Shown here: positions 38,553-49,875 of the stretch, in pieces
Numbering within the stretch: position 1 is the first letter of the stretch
Layout: every line of letters begins with the position of its first letter
NCBI RefSeq assembly: GCF_018350175.1
Contig: NC_058373.1
Location: forward strand, 100,628,001 to 100,692,000
Direction of reading: 5' to 3'
Length of the DNA: 64,000 nucleotides
Source: Felis catus
Lineage: Eukaryota
Translations under genes and position numbers: made by a program
Notes under the pieces: model-generated
Seen by the model: only the letters and a program-made list of their open reading frames with translations
What the model was told of the DNA's origin: nothing
Database searches by the model: none

Positions 38553-38762
38553 GGTGTGCCTGGGTGGCTCAGTCAGTTGAGTGAGTGTCTGACTCGATTT
38601 TGGCTCAGGGTAGATCCAGGGTCGTGGGATTAAGCCCCACTATGGGTTTGCACTGAGCATGGAGACTGCTTGGGGTTCTCTCTCTCTCTCTCTCTCTCCC
38701 TCCCTCTGCCCCTCTCCCAACTTGTGTGCATGCTCTCTCTCTCTCTTTCAAATTAAAAAAAA
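38553..38762 (+). mobile_element. Can-SINE (older)
   Basis: gcctgggtggctcagtcagttgag...(CT)n; TSD aatt(t)gtatttaa. Confidence 0.93.
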
Positions 38763-39624
38763 TTGTATTTAAAATGAAATATATGTTCCTACTATTATTT
38801 GCTTTTGGAAGTGACATGCCATCACTTTAACTTTCCCTTAGAAATGAAGACAGAGAGAAACATAAAGGCTGTTTTAATTTCAGTTGTAATGGCTTAATTG
38901 TGTGTCTTTTACTCCAAGCTGCCTCAAAATCATTTTAGAATTTTTATATTTATATAGAAAAAGATCAAGTAAGTTCACAAAGGAAATAAGTACTATAAGC
39001 CCCTTCATCCCATAACCGTCACAAATCTTACTTACTGGGTCTTTCTCTCAGAATAGGCAACACTTTTGCGTATCCCAAAGGGATGATGACTGAAGGAGGA
39101 AAAATTTTGTAATAGTAACTGCTTTTGTTGCACAGCTCAATTCAAAGCAGGATTTTCTTTTGAGATGATAAAATTGCTGGTGATGGAATAGCGGGGGTGT
39201 GGGGGGGAAATTAAACAAAAAAAATCCTTTAATTAAATACTTAAGACATCTTTCACAAGGAAGAAAAAGGAGATTGATTTACTGGAATAAAATAATTCCT
39301 TGACTCATAAAAATTCTTTATTTGGAAGCATTCAGCAGCTCCCTCATTGTGTCCTAAACATGTCATTACTCTCTCTCTCTTCTTTCTGTGTAATTACCTA
39401 GTCCCTTCTCTTACTTCTGAAGTCAGGTTATTCTCACTTCACTTCTTTGGCCTTCTGTCCTAAGAATGAAACAGGTAAGAAAAAGAAAATGAAAACCAAG
39501 GACCTCATCTCTGTATATACACACAAATAATTTAATCTTACTTTCTTGGAATTTTGATTATAGCATCATAGGTTTTGAATCATGTTGGGGATCTTCCTGT
39601 TCTTTAGGGCTTATGAGAAAGGTC

Positions 39625-39950
39625 ATTGGTTTCAGACTTAGAAGACCTATATTTGAATATTGCCTTACAGTTTAGTAGTTGCATGAACTCCAGCCAACTC
39701 ACTTAAACTCCCTGAATTCCTCATCTCTAAAATGGGGATAACCAACTTCACAGAGTTCTTACATCAAACTGTGTAAAAGTAGCTTATAACCACGAAGCCC
39801 AGTATGAACCTGTTATTATCACAACCATCGTTTGACATACGAGAACATGGAGACTAGTCAGAAAAGTTAAATGTTTTCCCTAAGGATGCAATGCCTGTGA
39901 GTAAAGGAGCAGGAACTAGAAGCTGAGTGTCCAAATTTTTAGTTTGGATT
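39625..39950. mobile_element. Two MIR fragments in opposite orientation
   Basis: 'cctcatctctaaaatggggataac' on +; 'gagaacatggagact...aaagttaaatgttttccctaagg' on -. Confidence 0.65.
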
Positions 39951-40714
39951 CTTTTGCACCGATTCTTTCTGAGGTGCTTTGTTTCAACTTGTAAGAGCTG
40001 TGTTTTTCTCTCTCCTTCTGTATGATTTGGTTTCATTGACCAGTGCATAAGGTAAAAATTGAAATCATGTCTTTCTATTTTACAATTTTAGACTTTGGAC
40101 TGAGGGTACATGTTAACTCCCTGGATTTAGAGGAGAGACTCAGAAAGTTCACACATGCATTCCGCTGTTGCAGACTGGTTACAGGAGCTCGATTGCTCCT
40201 CTAAGGAGTAGTACATGTTTCTATGGGTGGGGAATTCACCTCTCCCGTGGCTTCTCTGCTACAACAGGTGGCGGCAGAAGATGTATAGAAGAAGATGTAT
40301 GGTGTTTGATTGCATAGGTCCAAAAGACCCCACACAGTTTCTAATCTTAGATGGGCTCCTCCAATAGATCTCCTTGAGGTTAAGACATTGGACTTAAATA
40401 ACAAAGTGTTCTTCTTCTTTTTTTTTTTTCTAGATAAACAACATAATATCTTCTCTACATGATGTTCTGGTCTCTACGCCTCTCACCTCTTGTGTTCTAG
40501 TTAAGTGGGAGTAGATATTAAATGGGAACAAAAGAGACCTGTGTCACAGAGCCCTGTAACCAGAGGGAGGAAGTTTGTTTTAAGTAGCATGAAGAAGATA
40601 AAAAGTGAAAAATGTGTTACACAGACACAAAGTGGGTAGGAGTCTGTCTGAAGGTGATTTTGGCAGTACAGACAGTTTTCAATTATGTACTTCTTGTTAC
40701 TATCTTAGATTTCT

Positions 40715-40798
40715 TTTCCTTTTTCTTTTTCAGTGCAAAAATATGTTTTTATTAAAGCATGAGGACAGGATCCGTGGGCAGAAAGAGCTGCCACCATT
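40715..40798 (-). mobile_element. Short polyadenylated retrocopy, probably of an ERV LTR R-region 3' end
   Basis: On -: gcagctctttctgcccacggatcctgtcctcatgctttAATAAAaacatatttttgcactg then A-rich tail; TSD ttagatttct at 40705 and 40799. Confidence 0.65.
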
Positions 40799-40825
40799 TT
40801 AGATTTCTATCAAACTGTTTACTTT

Positions 40826-41051
40826 TTTTTTTTTAATTTTTTTTTCAACGTTTATTTATTTTTTGGGAAACAGAGAGAGACAGAGCATGAACAGGGGAGG
40901 GGCAGAGAGAGAGGGAGACACAGAATCGGAAACAGGCTCCAGGCTCTGAGCCATCAGCCCAGAGCCCGACGCGGGGCTCGAACTCCCGGACCGCGAGATC
41001 GTGACCTGGCTGAAGTCCGACGCTTAACCGACTGCGCCACCCAGGCGCCCC
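40826..41051 (-). mobile_element. Young feline-type Can-SINE
   Basis: TSD atcaaactgtttactttt at 40809 and 41052. Confidence 0.97.
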
Positions 41052-41465
41052 ATCAAACTGTTTACTTTTTAAAGCAAACAGCTGGAGGATTTCAAATGGA
41101 AACAAAGGACCTTATTGGAGAAGGTATACTTTCAAACCCAAACATGTGTATAGAGATTTAATACATTGGATAAAATAAAGGTTCAAGTACAATTCATTGA
41201 ACCTGACGAAACCAAGTGATTTTCTCACGCAGTCAGAAACAACCCCAGAAAAACACATACTTGGGGGATACCACTCCTTCCCCAAACATCTACCTACAAG
41301 AGCTCTGTATCAAGAGACAGGTCAAGAGGGAATAACATTTATAGACATTTTGTAAACACCTGCAGTAGAAAAATCTTTTGTCAAATTAATGAGGGAGGTT
41401 GATCGGTACATAAGAGTCACAAGGAATGAGAGGCAAATGACTTTTGTTGGTTATGGCTGCTGAAA

Positions 41466-41468
<3 letters not shown>

Positions 41469-41518
<50 letters not shown>

Positions 41519-41519
41519 T
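41469..41519. repeat. (TG)n microsatellite
   Basis: Seen directly. Confidence 0.95.
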
Positions 41520-41734
41520 AACAAATAACTTGCAGCAAAATCACAAATTCTCTCATTCCTTTACTGCAGCATATATGTGGGGTGATGGGGGCAGGGGGCA
41601 GTGCCTTGATTTCACTGCATTGTGGTATAAAATTCTTGGATCTCAGAGCTAGAACAACCTGGTTTTATATCTCAGTACTGCTTCTTATGAGCTCACTATG
41701 AGGCCTATAAAGAAAAGATAAAGTTTGGGATTAT

Positions 41735-42242
41735 CTTCAACTGAAATACAGAACACTCAACCAAATGTGGCTTAAGCAATAAAGACATTAAATTATATCA
41801 CTTAAAAAGAAGTCTAAAGATAAGCTACTGCAGAACTGATGTAGCAGTTTAACAACATCATCAAGGGTCCAAGCTCTCTTTTTTTTAATTAATTAATTAA
41901 TTAATTAATTTATTATCTATCTACTTACTTTATCATCTTGAATATATTGTTTTTTCATTATTAGGCTAGTCAGATCATGACCCCGAGATGGCCACTTAGC
42001 TCAAAAACATTACCTCACATAATCATGTCCAGAGCAGAAAGGCAAGGAGTTGGGGGCAATGGGACTCTCTCCTTATAAGGCTCTTTTATATGAAAGAAAC
42101 TCTTTCCCAAAAGGTCCCTGGCTCACTTTCTCTTGTCTCATTGGCCGTATTTGGCCCCATCAACTCGTGATTTTGTGTGGGAATGGGGTTGGGATCCGTT
42201 TTCTCTGCTGAGATCTGTTAGCAACTAACTCTGTCTGCTACA
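41735..42242. mobile_element. Old MaLR LTR (MLT1J/K/L-like)
   Basis: 'acagaacactcaaccaaatgtggcttaagcaataaag', 'ctttctcttgtctcattggcc'. Confidence 0.6.
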
Positions 42243-42464
42243 GGTAACATCTGTCTTACAGGATAAGCATCAGAGACACTATGTGTAAACCTGTTAGCAC
42301 TTCACCTAGCCCGTCTCAGGCAACCATTAAATGATCATTATTATAACTGTTTTTAAATTATTAGCACTTTTTCTACAATATTTTATTTTCCTGTGAACAT
42401 TTGAGTACATGTAGTTGTAGTCGGTATACAGAATTTTGGAGACTGCTTTTATTTCATCAAATTT

Positions 42465-42800
42465 ATAGGGGTGGCCAATGAACAAATTCTTCCCAGTGGA
42501 ATGAGGGCATGTGTGATGTACTCCGCTTCTGGGCCTGGTCCAAAAAACCTCTGATATATCTTTTTCTCTCTTTTCCTGGACGTCTAAGCCCTAGCAGACC
42601 TCGTGGTACAGATGGTAGACCCTGCCACAGCCCTGGATCCTGAATGAATGTATAGAACGGAACCACCACTCCAATCCCACACTACTGCTTACAAGTGACA
42701 CGAGTAAGAAATAAATTCTAATACATCAAGCCAGCATAGACTTTGAAATTGTTATAGCTGCTGTTACCACAACTAATACAGAAATTGGTACCTCAAGATG
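42465..42800 (+). mobile_element. Old MaLR LTR fragment running into internal sequence
   Basis: 'gagtaagaaataaattctaa...ttgttatagc...actaatacagaaattggtacc'. Confidence 0.6.
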
Positions 42801-43137
42801 GTAACTACTGCAATGAATAAGGCACTAGTCTACTTTTATTTATATTTATTCTCTGGAGCCTTGTCTTTTGGAATACAAGAATGACAGCAACAACAAAAAA
42901 GAATTTATCTTAATGAAGAGCATCAAAATAGTTGGGATAAAAAATTAATATGCATACAGGAAGAAAATAAACCCCCAAATCCAAATTGCTTGGAATAATT
43001 CATAATTAATGTTAATGTAAATCAACTGATGAAAAGTATTTGCCACAGTAACTTCTAATGCATGTATTTAATCATTTTAGTTTGATGCTATCAATAAGTA
43101 ATAATAAATTATTTTTAAATCCTGCTAGAGTGTTTCT

Positions 43138-43349
43138 TTTTTTTTTAACGTTTATTTATTTTTGAGACAGAGAGAGACAGAGCATGAACGGGGGAGGGGC
43201 AGAGAGAGAGGGAGACACAGAATCGGAAACAGGCTCCAGGCTCTGAGCGGTCAGCACAGAGCCCAACGCGGGGCTTGAACTCACAGACCATGAGATCATG
43301 ACCTGAGCTGACTTCAGACGCTTAACCGACCAAGCCACCCAGGTGCCCC
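43138..43349 (-). mobile_element. Can-SINE
   Basis: TSD tagagtgtttctt at 43126 and 43350. Confidence 0.96.
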
Positions 43350-43911
43350 TAGAGTGTTTCTTATTTAAAACGTTGTATTGCCTCATGTCTGGGGCATGTC
43401 ATAGCCATGTGGGCAAGCAATGAAGGATATATAAAGTCTTTTAGTAACCATGGTCTGCATCCCCAGAGTTAACACCCTGAAGCTACAGTTTAGACCTATT
43501 GCAGCAAAGGAGATTGCTTTGCTATAGAACCCTGGATAATTGGGAGGGCCCCAGAGAAACCGACTTGATTTTGTGTCTATTAGGCAACTCTAAAGTATGT
43601 GGAGAGATAATGGTAGAGGCTGATATATTGATTTTTGTTCCTGGTGGGAGGCACACCCTGAAAGGATGGCTAGGGAAACTCAGGTTGTTAGGAAACTCAT
43701 TTTGGGAGGGGGATTTGCGTGCGTCTCCCAGTATATAATTAATTAATCCTGCTTAATTGCTCTGAGCCAGCCAGGTATTTCCCAACCATTCAATGAGGAA
43801 ATATAGATGAAGGTATAACTCCATGCCTGGCACCATAGTAAGCACAATTATGATGATTATGAGGATGACCGGGCCACTGAAAATTTCTAGTAACTCTGAC
43901 CTACAACTTCT

Positions 43912-44014
43912 TTTTTTTTTTTTTCCAGTATATGAAGTTTATTGCCAAATTGGTTTCCATACAACACCCAGTGCTCATCCCAAAAGGTGCCCTCCTCAAT
44001 ACCCATCACCCACC
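43912..44014 (-). mobile_element. Severely truncated young feline L1 3' end (~100 bp)
   Basis: Poly(T) then 'atgaagtttattgccaaattggtttccatacaacacccagtgctcatccc'; perfect 16-bp TSD ctgacctacaacttct at 43896 and 44015. Confidence 0.9.
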
Positions 44015-44488
44015 CTGACCTACAACTTCTGATAGCAGGAAGCCAAACCTGAGTTTAAGTTATGTTCCCTGCTGGGTCTGGTGGGCCCTGATTTATTTCT
44101 CAATGAGGAACTGAGAAGAGAGCTGAAAAAGGTGAGGGGAAAGCACCAGGCACTTGAGTTCGATGCAGAAATGGTGCTTCCCAAGGATGTGAGCTGCCGT
44201 GGTACTTGTTTAGGGAAAAATGAGTGATACCACTTAACCCTCTTTCCTTAGGATGCTAGTTAAATAAATTATTGTATTGAATGAAATAACATTTGGTAAT
44301 TAAAAAGAATGAGGTCGGTCTCTTTGTACCGGCACTGAAACATCTCTAGGATATGGTCTCAAGGAAAATAAGCAAATTTCAAGCAATATATAAAGATAAT
44401 TATTTATTAAAAAAATTGAATATGAGGAAAGAAACAAATTCAGTCAACTCAGTCCAATTTAATAATTTAAAGTGTTTTTTCTTTCTTT

Positions 44489-44597
44489 TTCCTTCCTTCC
44501 TTCCTTCCTTCCTTCCTTCCTTCCTTCCTTCCTTCCTTCCTTCCTTCCTTCCTTCCTTCCTTCCTTCCTTTCTCCCTCCCTCCCTCCCTCCCTTCCC
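44489..44597. repeat. (TTCC)n/(CCCT)n microsatellite
   Basis: Seen directly; accounts for the PSFL and RKEG repeat ORFs. Confidence 0.95.
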
Positions 44598-45014
44598 AAA
44601 TTTCCTCTCTTTTCCCTTCTCTTCCACAAGCTGGTAACTATGTATATGGAGGTACTTACGGTCCTTGCGTCTACATGATGCCCACGGGCTTCTCTTTAAT
44701 CCTCACCAATCTATGTAGAGATAATGCTCCTTTTATTTCTGGCCACTGCTCATCCTAACACGTCTGTGGCTTAACTCAGTGGCTGGTAAACTCTCGATCT
44801 CTTCTTTTTGCTCACATAGGGATCTATGGTCCTCCCTGGTGTGTTGAGTTCAGAAATCTGGCTGTGACTCCTAATTGGACCCAAGTTAGGAATATCTACC
44901 CTTCTGCTCCAGGCTACAGGGTTACCTGGCCTTATTAAGACAACTACCATAGGCTTGCCTGCATGCACCATTTACTTTTCTAAAGCAAATGGAAACTTTT
45001 TTTGTTAAAGGTAT

Positions 45015-45213
45015 ATATTTTTAAGGTTTATTTATTTTTGAGAGAGAGAGTGAGTGCAAGTGGGGTTGGGGCAGAGAGAGAGGGGAAGGGGGACAGAGGA
45101 TCTGAAGCAGGCTCTGTGCTGACAGCAGCAAGCCCGATGCGAACTCACGGACCACAAGATCATGACCTGAACCAGAGTCAGAAGTTCAACCGACAGAGCT
45201 ACCCAGGTGACCC
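45015..45213 (-). mobile_element. Can-SINE (older)
   Basis: SINE body; degenerate TSD aaa(g/c)caaatggaaa. Confidence 0.92.
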
Positions 45214-46909
45214 AAAACCAAATGGAAAATTTTGAAACTTTTGGTAGCTCCCATATCACATGGCTGCAGAGGGAGGCCTTGAATTCAGAATTTCCTTTGG
45301 TTTAACCATACTGCAACCATTATAGGGATTTCCTTTCAGACTAGTTTTTAGAAGTGGGGAAAAGTCCCTCATACCATGCCCTCACCTCCCTTCTTAAGCT
45401 AACACATCTCTCTTTAGGATTTTTACTAGGAGGGGAGTGATCACTATATACATTTTTACCACCTGTTCTTCCTACAGCCATATCTTTCTCTTTTCGCAGT
45501 GCTTTTAAAGGAGGGATAGACTTTCTATTTCCTCTGTACGTGTTTTAGTAAAACATGCAATTAGCTCATGATCTAGGGCACCAAGTTTGAATCTTGGAAT
45601 ACTAAAGGAGGCTAAAAAAATTTTTTTTAAATTTCTTTTCTGTCAACAACAAAGCCTGGTTTTAATACTATTGTATTTTATCAATTTGAAGAGGCTATGA
45701 TTGTTAAGACACACTATTATTTTGTGTACCTTGAGACTATGACACAATGCCCTAATCTGACAGTTCTGTGGAAGGCATGAATTGATTATACCACCCTTGG
45801 ATTGCAGTGAAATATCTTTTATCTACATCAAGGGATTTGGGATTTCTCTTGCCTTTAATCACAATGCTTGACAAGTGATGATCATTTCACAAGAATGTCA
45901 GTAAAATAATGTAACCTAATTTCAGTGACATATCAATATCTTACTCTTGTAGGGATATTACAGCACTTGGTTGTTGTTTTGCAACAAAATAAGACTTGTA
46001 ATAATCGATCCAACTACAAGTTTTGCCTTCCTTGTATCAAATTTACATTCTATTGCATTATTTTTATGCCTTTCTGTATATGCAATACTTTTTTCCCCCA
46101 ATGACAAATCATAGTGTAATATTTTTGAAGACTATTTAAATTGCAATTACACTCAGCCCGGAAAAAGATGATTAAGTTTGGGATCATGAGTTGAGTCTTG
46201 AGGTGTTCTTGATGGTGGAGCAGAAGCAGAGGTCAGACTGAGGCATCCTACCTGGCTCGGTGGGCAGCAGAAGCCCTGGCAGTTAACAATACTGAAGGAA
46301 GAGAAAGGGAAGGGGAAAACCACGGGCGTTCACATGGTAGCTGCCTGGGACACTCTCATTTTCCATCTTCCTTCCTTTCCGTCCTCAACAAAGCTCTTTC
46401 TGACCCATTAGAGATTAGGTTAGCTCTTCTATTAAGTTCTCCTATCATAGTACCTAATTTAGTTTTTTTTTAAAATGGCTAGTTTAACTATATATCTTCT
46501 TACCAGAAAGGAAACTCTATGAGGATCTGTCTTGCTTACCATTTGATCTCTCTGCTTACCATAGTTCCTGAAGATGCCAATAAATAATTGATTGGAGTGA
46601 TGACATAGAATAAGACTTTTCAGGTTCTGGAGTCCTGCAGTAGCATAGAAGAACTAACATCTTTGTTTTAGAGTTTCTGGATGCTGTGTCCAGATGAGGA
46701 AGCAGAATCACTCATACTTGCTGATGATATATCTATATTGGGTCAATGGATTTGTCTACCTATCAGTGTGTCTAAAGGTCCTTTTTGTTGGGATGGGGGA
46801 ATTGGGGAAGGGCAGCCTAGGCTTTGGTAGAGGTATGCTTAAACGCTTGTTCTCCTGCCAGGAAGGGTAGATTGTTGGTACTTCACTTGCAGTCTAAAGA
46901 GGTATTCTA

Positions 46910-47078
46910 GGAGCACCTGGGTGGCTCACGTCATGAGTTTGAGCCCTGCGTAGGGCTCTGTGCTAACAGCTCAGAGCCTGGAGCCTGTTTCAGATTCTGT
47001 GTCTCCCTCTCTCTCTGCCCCTCCCCCACTCATGCTCTGTCTCTCTCTCTCTCTGTCAAAAGTAAACAAACATTGCAA
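46910..47078 (+). mobile_element. Can-SINE with an internal deletion
   Basis: ggagcacctgggtggctca joined directly to catgagtttgagccctg. Confidence 0.9.
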
Positions 47079-47137
47079 AAGTTGTTCATATATTCTTATG
47101 CTTTATGCTGATCAAATCAATTAATAAGAATATTGTA

Positions 47138-47348
47138 GGGGAGCATGGGTGGCTCAGTCGGTTAAGCGTCTGACTTTGGCTCAGGTCATAATCTCGTGGT
47201 TTGTAAGTTCGAGCCCTGCTGACAGCTCAGAGCCTGGAGCCTGCTTCGGATTCTGTGTCTCCTCCTCTCTCTGCCCCTCCCATGCTCATGCTCTGTCTCT
47301 CTCTCTCTCTCTCTGTCTCTTAATAATAAATAAACGTTTAAAAAAAAG
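47138..47348 (+). mobile_element. Can-SINE
   Basis: TSD aagaatattgta. Confidence 0.95.
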
Positions 47349-47373
47349 AATATTGTAAAAATTCTTATATAAT

Positions 47374-47889
47374 TGTGGTAAGCGGAATAATGAACCTCCA
47401 AAGATAGTCATGTCCCAATCTCCAGAATGTGTAAATATGTTACATTATATGGAAAAAGGGACTTTGCAGATATGATTAAGGTTAAGAATCTTGAGGTGGG
47501 AGAGTATCCTGGATTATCCAGGTGGAACTAATCTAATCACATGGGTCCTTTAAAGACAAGAACCCTTCCTAGCTGTGCTCAGGAGATAGGACTATGGAGA
47601 AATGGTCAAAGATATGCAACATTGCTGGCTTTAAAGATGGAAAAATGGGGCCATGAACTAAGGATTGTAGATAGTTTCTGAAATCTGGAGAAGACAATCA
47701 AAATATTCTTCCCTCCTCCAAAAAAGAATGTACTGTTGTTGATACTTTGATTTTAGCTCAGTGGGAACTGTGCTGGACTTCTATTATCTTAGGGATCAGT
47801 AGGCTACAGATCCCTAAGATAATAAATTTATATTATTTAAGCCTTTAAATTTGCATCAGTTTATTACAATAGCAATAGAATACAAATAT
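47374..47889 (+). mobile_element. MaLR solo LTR (MLT1D-like)
   Basis: 'tgtggtaagcggaataatg...aaaagggactttgcagatatgattaaggttaag...cctggattatccaggtgg...gcaatagaatacaaatata'. Confidence 0.88.
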
Positions 47890-48090
47890 AATAATGATCT
47901 ATAATTAGTAATTTTATTCTAAGGTACTCTCTATATGCTTCAACAATATTGTATCTACTAAGTCTTTTTTGTTAAAGATTCTACCAGGGTCACTTAAGAG
48001 CTAATCCCTAGATGATTAGGCAAGTTACCCCAAAGGGTGACCTCACATCAGTGGGAACTGGGAATGGGTGGATGAAAACCTCAAATTTCT

Positions 48091-48292
48091 GGGGCACCTG
48101 GGTGGCTCAGTCGGTTAAGTGTCTGACTAGTGATCTGGGCTCAGGTCATGATCTCACGCTTCATGAGTTTGAGTCCCATGTAGGGCTCTGCACTGACAGG
48201 GTGGAGCCTGCTTGGAACTCTCTCTCCATCTCCCTCTGCCCCTACCCCACTTGTTCTCTCTCTCTCTCAAAATAAATAAAAAACTTAAAAAA
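48091..48292 (+). mobile_element. Can-SINE
   Basis: Degenerate TSD ctcaa(a/g)tttct. Confidence 0.95.
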
Positions 48293-49384
48293 ATTTTTTT
48301 TAAACTCTCAAGTTTCTGTACTCTGTTGGGAAATTTAAGGTGTGTTTCCCATGCTTTCTGAGAGGGGCCCTAGTGGAATGAAACCATGTTGCCCATCACA
48401 ATAACCCTTCCCTATTTTTCCTATTTCTTCCCTTGAGTGTTAAGTGGAATTAGGCATAAATGAGCTAAAGTTGGGAAGTCATGACAGAGGAAGGAGAACC
48501 ACACCCAAGAATGCTACCTTCTGAAGGCCAAGTATCCATGGTCTAGGGAGAAATACAGGAAACTCTAGCGTAGAGGCCTTTCTGAGTAATCCTGGGGATG
48601 GCAATGCATTTGGTTCCTAGGTGGTGGCTGGCCAAGGTCTTAAACCACAGTAAGCCCAGCAACATGAGTAGGCCCAAGCTGTGAAATTTGCCAATGAATA
48701 GGCTAGAATTCTGGGGGAGCTCTGCTCTTACATATTCTGGGAGTCAACTGGTAGAGAAAAAAGAGGAAGAGCTCCCTTGAAGAGTAAACAGTATGTGCAC
48801 AAGCATGGGGCCTTAGAGTGACTGGAAAAGTGGGGTCAGGATGAGAAGTGGAAAATGAAGCCAGAAAATCCACCCTGATAATATTCCTAACAGAGAACTT
48901 AACTATATAAAGTAAATAGTAACAGACATAAAGGGAGAAATCGACAGTGATACAATACTAGTAGAAGACTTTAACACCCCACTTACATCCATGGATAGAT
49001 CATCTAGACAGAACATCAACAAGAAAGCAGTGACTTTGAATGACACGTTAGACCAGATGGACCCAACAGATATATACAGAACATTACCTCCAAAAAAAGC
49101 AGAATACACATTTTTTTTTCAGCTACACATGGAAAACTCTCCAGGATAGATCACATGTTAAGCCACATCACAAGTCTCAATAAACTTAAGAAGACTGAAA
49201 TCATATCAAGTATCTGACCACAATGGTGTGAAACTAGAAATCAAGGATAAGAAAATATCTGGAAAGAACAAAAACACATGGAGGCTAAATAAGATGCTAG
49301 TAAACAACAAATACATGGAGACAAATGAAAATGAAAACATAACAGTCCAAAATCTTTGGGACACAGCAAAGGCAGTTTTTAAAA

Positions 49385-49495
49385 AAAATATATATTTTAT
49401 TTTTAAGTAATCTCTAGGTCCAATTTAGGGCTTGAACTTACAGCCTCAAGATCAAAAGTCACATACTTCACTGACTGAGCCAGCCAGGTGCTCCC
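49385..49495 (-). mobile_element. Short tRNA-like Can-SINE variant inside L1
   Basis: 'gggcttgaacttacagcctcaagatcaaaagtcac...ctgagccagccaggtgctcc'; TSD caaa(g/a)gcagtt. Confidence 0.85.
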
Positions 49496-49667
49496 AAAAG
49501 CAGTTCAAAGAGGAAAATTTATAGTGATATAGGCCTACCTCTAAAAACAAGAAAAATTTCAAATACATAACCTAACCTTATACCTAAAGGAACTAGAAAA
49601 GAAGAACAAAGCCCAAAGCTAGTAAAATGAGGAAAATAAAAATATTAGTGCAAAAATAAATAGAATA

Positions 49668-49875
49668 GGGGCATCTGGGTGGCTCAGTCAGTTGAATAGT
49701 CAACTTTTGATATTGGCTCAGGTCATGATCTCATTGTTGTGAGATTGAGCCCCAAGGTGGACTCCGTGCTCAGCACAGAACCTGTTTGGGATTCTCTCTC
49801 CCTCTCTCTGCCCCTCCCCCACTTGCACGTACGTGTGCTTTTTCTCTGTCCCCTCTCAAAATAAACTTTAAATAA
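49668..49875 (+). mobile_element. Can-SINE inside L1
   Basis: ggggcatctgggtggctcagtcagttg...(CT)n...aaaataaac. Confidence 0.93.

Noticed and set aside
40261..40274. CTCF-like motif acaacaggtggcgg
   Set aside because: Mismatches at core positions; a single motif match is expected by chance in 64 kb
44353..44678. Repetitive ORFs (PSFL)n and (RKEG)n; also (ER)n at 8021-8287
   Set aside because: Translations of microsatellites
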